Assembly (NCBI GenBank): GCA_949358305.1
Contig: OX442314.1
Coordinates: forward strand, 20,646,001-20,710,000
Reading direction: 5' to 3'
Source: Strigamia acuminata
Lineage: Eukaryota
Length of the DNA: 64,000 bases
The notes below the pieces were generated by a model that was not told the DNA's origin, did no database searches, and saw nothing but the letters and a program-made list of their open reading frames with translations. Positions 54,594 to 64,000 of this stretch are shown here, piece by piece (the first letter of the stretch is position 1; each line of letters opens with the position of its first letter). The translations under genes were made by a program, and so were the position numbers.

Positions 54594-54653
54594 TGCGCAT
54601 GCCCACTGAGACTGAAAAAAGACTAAATCGGCCGCCATTTTTGAAGTTAAAAG
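54594..54653 (-). mobile_element. Dispersed repeat copy 3 (core, inverted orientation)
   Basis: The reverse complement reads AACTTCAAAAATGGCGGCCGATTTAGTCTTTTTTCAGTCTCAGTGGGCATGCGCA, which matches the 43250-43310 core. Confidence 0.7.
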
Positions 54654-57600
54654 TCTATATTATTTTAAAAATATGGCTAGGGTAATAATATGTAGAAGTA
54701 CTGCTTCTTTGCAGCCATTTGATGCTCTAGTTTTATATTCTTTTCTTTTTTTTCTTTGTTTTTTAAAGTGTAGTTGCCAGTAATTTATGCTGCAATCAAT
54801 CCTTGTGTCAAGACTTCTTTAACTTACAATATGTAAATCTACACTGACCGATTACTCTGTTCCCCAACCCCATAAAAGAAAATCATTACTTCCTAGCAGT
54901 TCCTCCCAAAAGAACAAGAGAAGGAAAAAAATCCTATACTCTCCTCAGTCAGGTTTAAACCTGTGATCCCTGAGCCGTGATGTAAAAGCACTAACCACTT
55001 AACCACAAGGTTGGCAGATGATACTTGAAGTAGACAATATGGGTTAGCAATTTGCAGGCTCAACATGCAAAGACACGTCTTTTTTGTTGACGGCAAAGTA
55101 TTTAGGCTTAAACTAAAAAAAATTCTTCACTTTTTAAATCCTCTTTTTCGTCTTTTAAGAACAAAAATTCCCTAAGTAACTTGTTTATCCGAACATATTT
55201 AATTTAAGATATACATTGAGTGTACAGTCGTGGACAAAAAAAAACTTCCCTTCAGTTTAGGTGTTTTAATTTTATCTACCAGGTGGCATAAAAATCCATT
55301 GAGATTCAATGACATCAATCTTGACCCGGTCTCTCGTCTTGCCCTAGCAACAGTATTAAAAGATAGACCGTGCAAATAATAATAGATAAACATAAAACAG
55401 CTAAACTAAAGGAAAGTTTTTTTTTTGTTCACGACTGTACGTGTATTAACATTAACGATTGTATTCGCATTCATCATTGCAGCTGTGAGATATCTATGGT
55501 GTAATATTCTGCAATCTCATCCCGGTCTTGACTATAACTCTTCTCATTTATTTATAAAAAGAGAAGAAAAAAGGCACAAAGAAATAAATATTTACACAAA
55601 AAAATAAAAATAAAAATCATATTAGTAAGAGATAAAACAAATCACGTATATTCGACTGAAAAACTGCAGCTATTCTTGCTGAAAATGGTCGAAAACGTGC
55701 AGCGAATAGTATTCTAGACGTTTCCATTCTTACACCTTTAAAAAAAAGCTATTCCAAGTTACATGTTGCATACAAAACACGAAATTATGAAATAAAAATT
55801 AATTAAAGCACATTTCACTCTCTCGGTGCAATATTACAAACACTTGTTATTAAACTCGCGGTAGAAAATTAGACCATTTATGCTCCATTTTTGATTAAAG
55901 GGTCGAAAAACAAACAAACAACAACACTTTACGTCGTTATTCCAGAGTGTAGTGCAATTTTGCAAAAATATGTTCCTTCGATATAAAACATTAACGACAA
56001 ACATGTAAATTCCCACCCAACCGAGAGTATAGATCTATCGAAATGACAAATTATTTAAACAACATAAATATTTATCATTACCAGACCACCGCCATCAATA
56101 ATAGATGATTTCCAACTACATACAAATTTCCATCATTATAATCTCCCCTCAAAAACATCCTGTATAAGCAATTTCATTAACGAGCAAATAAACCTAAAAA
56201 AAATTAAGAAAAAACTCACTCAAACCTCATTTATGTCGAAACAAGCTTCTCTGCAAATTAAAGTAGATGCGCACAAACCCCAAGTATAGTAACACACAGC
56301 TGCAACACGAATTTTTTTGTTTTATATTTTTCTCTTTCTTTTTTTTAATTCATGCGTAAAATTTACTTCATCAACAATCGCTATTGATCGTTATCGCACA
56401 TCTTTGATATTGTTTACAGCACCTGTTGGCAGAAAAAGCATTCTATTCTCCTTCCTTCATTCGCATCTGATAAAGCCACACGCTTGTTGATTAATGAAAC
56501 TGTTTCTAGCAAATGCTTTAGTGGCGCGCGCTTCTCGCACGAGACGAATTCTTCATCTCATGCACAACGAGTTTTAACGAGATTCGACACTGGAATGACG
56601 TCACTTAGCTTCGTGCATTTTTTTTCTTTTCCACCTGTCTGAACGAGGGAAGCCCTCGGGCACCCGTTCGATGCGCATGGGCGTGACAGTTCCCTTCAGA
56701 GTAAAGTAAGGTTGGGCTTCTCTCACTGTCTTGATAGTCTTCTTGCAAGAGTTCTTTCCCTTAAATCCTTCGCAAGCTCACAAACTTTTTAAATCCCTTC
56801 TTGCCATCAGCAGTGAATAAAAAAAAAGTTTCCACCTTTCAAACTTTCAATTTTTTTCAGTAACCTGCTCTGATCTCGTAATAAATCCAACAAAAAATGT
56901 ACAAAAAATAAAAATCAAATTAAACGAGTGATCCCAACATACGGAAATGCTCTCATTCTTGACACACAAGATAAATACTTTTCTTTTTAAATTGTCTTTT
57001 AATTTCACACAAATTCTGCATTTTACTATCAGATTTTACTAAGTGTTCTTATTCTTTTGATTTTAAAATTCTCCCATAATCCCTTGCAACCTTTTGCCGA
57101 TATTTTTTTCTCTCTTAACATCAATTAGACTCCAGTTATCTACAAATAAACCGGGCTCAAAATGAGTCGCAATCTTGAGAACCATTAGAGTAAACTTCAC
57201 CTTAGTCAGCATTTATCTTCCCGAATCCACCCTTTTATCCCACAGCTTGAGATGTATAATAAGTGCTATAAATTTCCTCCCACCATAAATATTTATGTCA
57301 GGTCTTTGCTCTTCTGCACAAGACTAATGCATTGCAAGTGTATAACTTTAATAAATCACGACACAAAGAAACAAACCAACACACAACACAACACAACCAA
57401 TCATAGAACTAAAAAAAAAAAATTATAAAAATTAGATTTAAAAAAAAAACCAGACAGTATAAAATCCACCAATGTCAAAATCCTTTTAGAATTCTAATTC
57501 AACACATTATTTACATTAAACCACTTAATGAGATTGATTAAGCTAGACGCGTAATCTCACATCAGTTGGCGCAGAACAAACACCACGAGATAAAAATGTC

Positions 57601-60600
57601 CGTCAAAACAAATTGCAAAAACAATATGGACTATTTTTACTGCAAAAATGAGTAGGTACCCATATTTTGTTTTTGACCATTAATTTATTTCCCAACTGCT
57701 TTCGCTGTTTTATTGCTCCGTTATTGCTTTAGACAGGCAATTTTCATTTTCCCGAGATTACGAAATTGAAATAAACAACCCTGTTTACATCCTACACAAA
57801 CTAAAACAAAAAAAAATAATAAAAAACTGATTTTTTCTTCTTCGTCCTTTCAAAATTCCTTCCAAAACATCAATATTAGACTTAGTAAATTCCAGCCGCA
57901 AATAAAAACGACATTTTCTTTCTATTGCACCGTGACATCATAATGGGAGATAATCGATTTAAAGAGAGGTTCAAAATCGAATTGAAGTTTGAACGTCGCT
58001 TAAACCCAAGCACACATGTTATCTGCCAACTTCAAAGCGAAAAATGTAAATCAATAAAAATAACTAATTTAAAAAAAAACTAATTTAAAAAATAATTTCA
58101 TTATTATTGGCACCCAACTGATTGCTTAAAACGGCGAAATTCTTTTTTGTTACCGGTACAATTAAATATTAATAAAACACGAAATTTAATGCCAACACAG
58201 TTGAAAAATTTAATCAAATTTCTATAGAAATCACCCTTTTATTTGTACATTTCCCACTTGCCCTCACTCTCATCGGTACCATTATCATACGAAGCAGGTA
58301 ATCAATTTCAAATTTTTGGATTATTATTCAATTACAATTTCCCCAGCATAAAATATAAGAGAGGGAGAAAGAGAGAAAGAGAGCACCGAGTAAAAAATGA
58401 AAAAGGATGTGGATGGGTATTTCAGTTGAGAGCAAACTCAGACCACACCCAAACTCAATCAGAAACATAGTCTTTGATTGAACTATTCAATTATGGTATT
58501 GCTAAATTCCTAAATATTGAAGACATAAAACCCGTCTAAACACACAAATTTCCTTTTTATTGCTCAATAGGAACTGAAGACTGATGGATAAAACCCTAAG
58601 TTCATTTTTAACCATCAACAAAATTCAATTTGCTTAAATAGAATTTTTTTTTCATCTTGAGTGGAGCTCAATTCAAAGATGGAAATCACAGCAAAAACGC
58701 ATTTCAGAGTGTGTTTAACACGCTCGATGCTTGTATATTTAGTTCTGGAGTTGGAATAAAATAGTTTTAATACAGTGAATGCCCTGTAGACTGTACACAC
58801 AGTAGATAAGACTGCGCTGTAGATTGGACACAAACCCTCTGGCCCAATCCAAATTCACTTTTTCCTACTGTTTTGGCACCGTTAGACTGGACAGCTTTCA
58901 AAACCAGACACGGACAAAAAAAATATTCCTGATAAAGTTAAAAACATTTAATTTCATTTAAAACAAAATATATATGCCATAAAATGGACAAAATCCAATA
59001 AAAAGAATGCTAAACCCTATTGATTTATTTTTTTCTGTCGTTTTAGGTAGTTCTACTAACAAAATGTCCACAATTCTCTATAAAATAATAATTAAAAATA
59101 CTTATAAATTTTTTTTTTAATTTCGAGACTCTAGACCTGCAGTGACATAACATATCCTCCTCAAGATTGGACGCACTCTACACCAGACAGTTTTTGGACG
59201 ACCCGATGGTGCCGAGTCTATTGGGTATTTATTTATTCATAGTTTCAAACAAAACAATTGTTTGCAACCAAATCCAACAATTCAATTACTTCCTAGCTCC
59301 AATCTATAAACGTGACTTTTTAATTAATAAAGTTGAAGAACAATTGAAATATCACTTTGAAAAAAAAATATATATTAATTCAAATTTTACTGACATGTCA
59401 TTAGCAGCAGGTCTGACTACAGTTGTTAGTGATTAGACCTTTAACGAAACCGAATGAGAGCTTTGGGATTTCTCATTTGGATCTCTTTCTTTCATTTCTT
59501 TCTTTTTTCTTCCTAGCTCTCCTTGTTTCTTTGTTTTCATTTTTTTTCTTTGCTCTGATTTCATTCCATTTGATTGCCTCTAGAAACCAACCTAGTTCTG
59601 TCAGTATCTTTATGACAAATAAATAAATAAAACACATCATAACCTTGCAAAACCATAAACAAATGCAACACTTTATTCCACCCAAACAACTCATTCATAC
59701 ATTTTGAATAAATTTGAATGCATGTCAGTTTCCATCAAACTTTCACCCAAAACAAGTAAATCTTCAACAACAACACAAAAAAAACATAATAAAACAATCC
59801 CCAGCATAAGGTTCAATAACAAATCCACATTTCAGCTTCAACCCGCATTTCCAATTAGTTCTTCACCCTCCTCCAGTCTCAGCTTCTCCCTGGGGAAGAA
59901 GAGAGTCGACACCCAATATTTCATATAAAAGAGACCCGTCCTCTTGGGCGCCGATATTTACTACAGCAAAGATAGAGTATAAAATAAAAAATAAAAAAAA
60001 AATATGGATCCAGGCTACACTTATAACTCTGCCATCTGCCCTTTGCATTTCTTTCCCTCCAGCTTTCTCTTCTTTGCAGCCCAATTCAATTATTTTTCAA
60101 GACTATTCCGCAGGATTGAAGGCAAACTGAGCAAAGAAAGTGGGCACAGCAGGGGACAAAAGAATAGTAGTGCATGATAACAACTAAATCGCCAAAAACT
60201 ACTCTTTTTCTTCTCCTTTTCTTCATATTAATTCCCTGCCCTCAAGACCAGATGGAAGGAAGACGCGTGACAAAACTAAAAAAGAGGAAAAGAAATTTCC
60301 ACACTTTTGGAAAATTAAGTCTATATGAAGTGAAGGCTTCTTTGTTTGCCTTCCCATCGACGAGCAGAGTAATCACACGAGGCGTTCAGTGGACGTGTGG
60401 GCTGGGTAAATATTCATTCACTCGCTTTCCCATCATTCCCCTCGAGCTCTTCAATTTCTAGTCATGTGTGTCCAATCCACTTGTCTATATTGCCAAACTT
60501 TCAACGCACTCTTATTGGGTTGGCAGTGCCAGCAAAAAATAAATAAACAATGCCATGTACTGAATTTCTTCACTTTCACTACCATTTTTCCACAAAAATC

Positions 60601-63600
60601 GCCAGATTCAAATAAAATAAAATAAAATAAAATAGTTGGTTTAAAGTAATTGACCCAGAAATTTGACAAAATCGAGTTTGGGAAAAATTGTTTTCGATCT
60701 GGCCAACTAAGTCTTATCGTGAGCCGCCGAAGCGAAAGTCATTTCCCGTACGAACCATTAATATTGTTCTAAATCGATTGATAATACCAATTTGAACACT
60801 AAAAAAAAAAAGAATTTTCTATTTGAACTACCGTACAAGCAATAAAATATATAAAACTAAAGATAAATAAATAGAAAAAAATCTGCGAAAAAGTCGACGT
60901 GCTGTTGCATGGAGACATGGGAGTAACTTAGCCCTAGGAACGCGTCCCCAGATAGTAATAAATAACTCTCCATCTACCCACACCTAGCTATACCTTGCAG
61001 GTATCGACAATCCATAACGAGGGCCCAGATCCCGTTTCGCGAGAGACGCCCAACACATTTTTAATACCAATCAAAATAAATGTTATCATTTTTTTTTTTT
61101 TTTTTTTAGTTTTTTTTAAAAAAATAAACTCAAAAAGTTTAGTTTGAATTCCATGTCAGCTCCAGATTTCTACACTTCCAACACATCCAGTCAAGTTTGT
61201 TAACCCCCGTAAAGCTTCCATCAAATCCTTCGGATAAAGTCTGCCCAATTTTTACAAATCGATAGCAGCGCTCTACAACTGGCTTTTATCAATAGAAAAG
61301 CAATTAGAAGTTTTATGAGCAGCTCCTTCAATTTATCATTGCTTTACATCAAATATTTGACAGAAAATTGCTATTAACGTCTTCCACATTTCGAAAACAT
61401 CATTAAAATCCAAGTGAATCTTTATAACCCTCATTTTGTTGTTTCTTATTTGAGTACAGGTAATAAATCCAAGCAAATTATTTCTAACGCAAAATGTCAT
61501 TTCTTTTGTACTAATACAACTTATTAGGGAGTTTTCGAATTCCACAATTCCCAAAAACGAAATACCGTTCACGTGATATTGAGTTCAGTCAAATAATTAG
61601 GATTGCGTTTTGTGTTTTTAAAAAAAAAAACAGTTGGAGCATGCGCGTCATGTGATCCTATCTCCGCGATATCGTAGCCGATCTCTTTCGATTACGTAAT
61701 TAACTTGGCCACGACAGACCATTCGCCAGTTAAAAATTGAAGCCAAACCACCATTTCTGGTTTCATGTATGAATATTTTAAAAAAAATCGATCACACGCA
61801 TAGATTAACACGATATTTTAGAATAAACACGTCTGTTTGTTATTTATTTACCATTCGCAACCTTTTATTTCCTTCCCTTAATGCAAGTGGCACTAATTTC
61901 TGACCTGTCAAATCAAAACACAACTGGTAGAAGCAATCACGTTTGAATAAAACAGCACTCGTCGCAATTGTAAACAAGCAGGTTCACATATTTGCAATAA
62001 TTCAAATTTCACAGTGCTTCGCCCTCGTTTCAACTCGAATCGCTATACATCACAGGAAATTTAGCCGGAATTTAACACCAACTGGAGCGCGAGGAGAAAC
62101 GAGCAGACATCGGTATGGATTGATACCGTTCCTGATTTGTAAGTCAATGGGGTATTAATTCAACACTTTAGCAGTGTCAGTGTACACTGCAGGCATCAAT
62201 AAAACAGATCAAGGCGCAACCTTCTACGACTCAACAAGATCCTTAATGAGAACCACCCGCGAGAGTAGCAACAACTGAGCCAATCACCTTCAACTTGTCC
62301 ATTGCCTAATTTACTCATCGCCCGCGACACTTTAATGTAAACTGTTGTTCTTTTCACGCGCATTGCGAATTTGTAAGCTTCAAATTCACCTTTTACCCTT
62401 TGGCAGATCGACATGCTGCAATGGACAAATTACTCACAAATTCTTCACATTGATGTCACAGCCCGAGTCGGTTCGACATCTATTTTGGAAACGCGCGCAG
62501 CTTCCAAAAGCAATACCCAATTAACTCGCAAGATAAGATAACATATGCATTGGTTTCAAAAATTACCATTCACGAATAACTCGTCGTAATTTTAATACCA
62601 AAGATAAAATTCACAAAATTAAATTATGATAAGCATCGAGGTTATTATCATTATAATCTCTTTAATAACTTATAACTTAATATTCTCAATTTGCAAACGT
62701 AAGTTGTTACTTTTCAGCTCAACGGTAATAGGATTTCGTCGAGGAATCCATTATGTATTAACAAAAAGGGCACACACTAATATATGCCCACTAATGACTA
62801 CTAAGCTTACAATGTTTTGTATAATGTTATAATCGTTCAACATTTTTATAAGTTACTGCATACTAAAATATCACCAATTGAAAAAAAACTGCTTATAATG
62901 GTTATAAATTCGAAAATAAAATGAATAATGATTATAATAATAATAATAATAAGCGATACAAGATAAGAAAGCTCTAAATTGGTCTATTCACACTTGTTCT
63001 GTTTTGGAAACCACACTTTTACCGTTTGTCATGCTATTTTGTCATTTATAGTAAAACTCTATTGCACAAAGGGCTCAATTGGCACGCGAAAATATAATTT
63101 TAGACCCCCGTATTACTGTGAACCGGCCATTATAGTGCAAAATATGCAATAAAATACAAACTCAATTGGTATTTTACAGTCATTTTATCCCTTTTCAAAC
63201 TTTTTTACAACTAGACTTCTCATGCTGCAGCTGAAGCGTGCAGGTAAGTTCACTCGCTGCCCCTGGAACCAACCAAGAATTCCAAACAACTCTTCTACTT
63301 CCTCTAGATAACATTTTGATTCTTACTATCCTCAAAAAAAAAATACAACAAAATTAAATCTTTCCAAACAAACAATTGGTATTTAGTTCTAACAATTAGC
63401 AGCTAGGAATTTTTCACGAGCATGTGGTAAGTCTTGACACAGCAAACGAAAAAAGATGGCAAGAGCTGGAAGAAAACAGAAAAAACGGGAGGCGGATTCT
63501 ATTCTGTAATAAATTACTCGCACGTCCCCACCTAAGAAAACATAATTAAAATTTAGCAGAGCATAAAATTTATTTCTTTGCAAGGTATACTGAACAAGTA

Positions 63601-64000
63601 ATTAGCATCTATAGATCCATAAATTATTTTCATCAAACTAAATTAGCTGCCTTAAAACCCCCACAAATTTCAATTACTTCTGCCTAAACGACAGCACTGT
63701 TTCTCAGTTCTCATCAATAATATAAAACCACCCTACCTTCAGTAAGTAGTGAAATTTTATATTGGCTAAAGGTGTGCTTGTATAGTCACTAAGCAATCCC
63801 AAGTGGACCAGTTTGAAATCGAAGCAGGTGCACTGCTGTTTCCATAGAGTTGTGCAAAATATTTACACTGTCCTCCACGCATAAAGTCAACAATGAATAA
63901 TGTTTCAGTCCGCAGTCACAATGGATAAATAAAAATGAACTCAGCTGGGCTTTTCCATGCCCAATAAATTCGAACACGTTACACCTTGACAGTAAGCAGA

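Noticed and set aside
63241..63249. Perfect CAG|GTAAGT on the + strand
   Set aside because: It is antisense to the gene with no pyrimidine tract or supported exon. It shows such motifs arise by chance.
63520..63560. Minus-strand GTTTTCTTAG|GTGGGG, and similar sites near 30845, 11927 and 6680, as recursive sites
   Set aside because: Either the regenerated donor or the pyrimidine tract is too weak.
1..64000. CRISPR arrays, operons, tRNA/rRNA genes, transposase or reverse-transcriptase ORFs, microRNA hairpins
   Set aside because: The DNA is eukaryotic and intronic. I recognised no repeat-spacer array, structural RNA or transposon protein motif by eye; small RNAs cannot be excluded without a covariance-model search.

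Overview
AT-rich animal genomic DNA (invertebrate-like, probably arthropod; the species cannot be fixed from sequence). The window lies inside one large minus-strand gene of the CELF1/2 (CUGBP/ETR-3, Bruno/arrest) RNA-binding family. I can support only two coding exons, which encode most of RRM1: 47251-47426 (ATG at 47422) and an 83-nt exon at 10653-10735 that the ORF track misses. They join in phase 1 (QSK-G|CCFVTF) across a 36,515-nt GT-AG intron. I did not find the next expected exon (MHHPIQMKPADSE-like) in 1-10652, so the gene probably continues past the left edge. The rest is intron or 5' region with non-autonomous DNA-transposon relics (a TA-flanked Tc1/mariner-type MITE and a family with GCTGCATTC(A/G)AAAAGTC ends), microsatellites and C-rich islands. 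The most notable unexplained signal is a set of back-to-back acceptor/donor (AG|GT) motifs in the giant intron. The best, U-tract-CAG|GTGAGT at 29113/29112, lies about 120 nt from the intron midpoint and is a candidate recursive-splicing point. Such motifs are not rare by chance, so this needs RNA data. The other listed ORFs look spurious. All motif searches were by eye.
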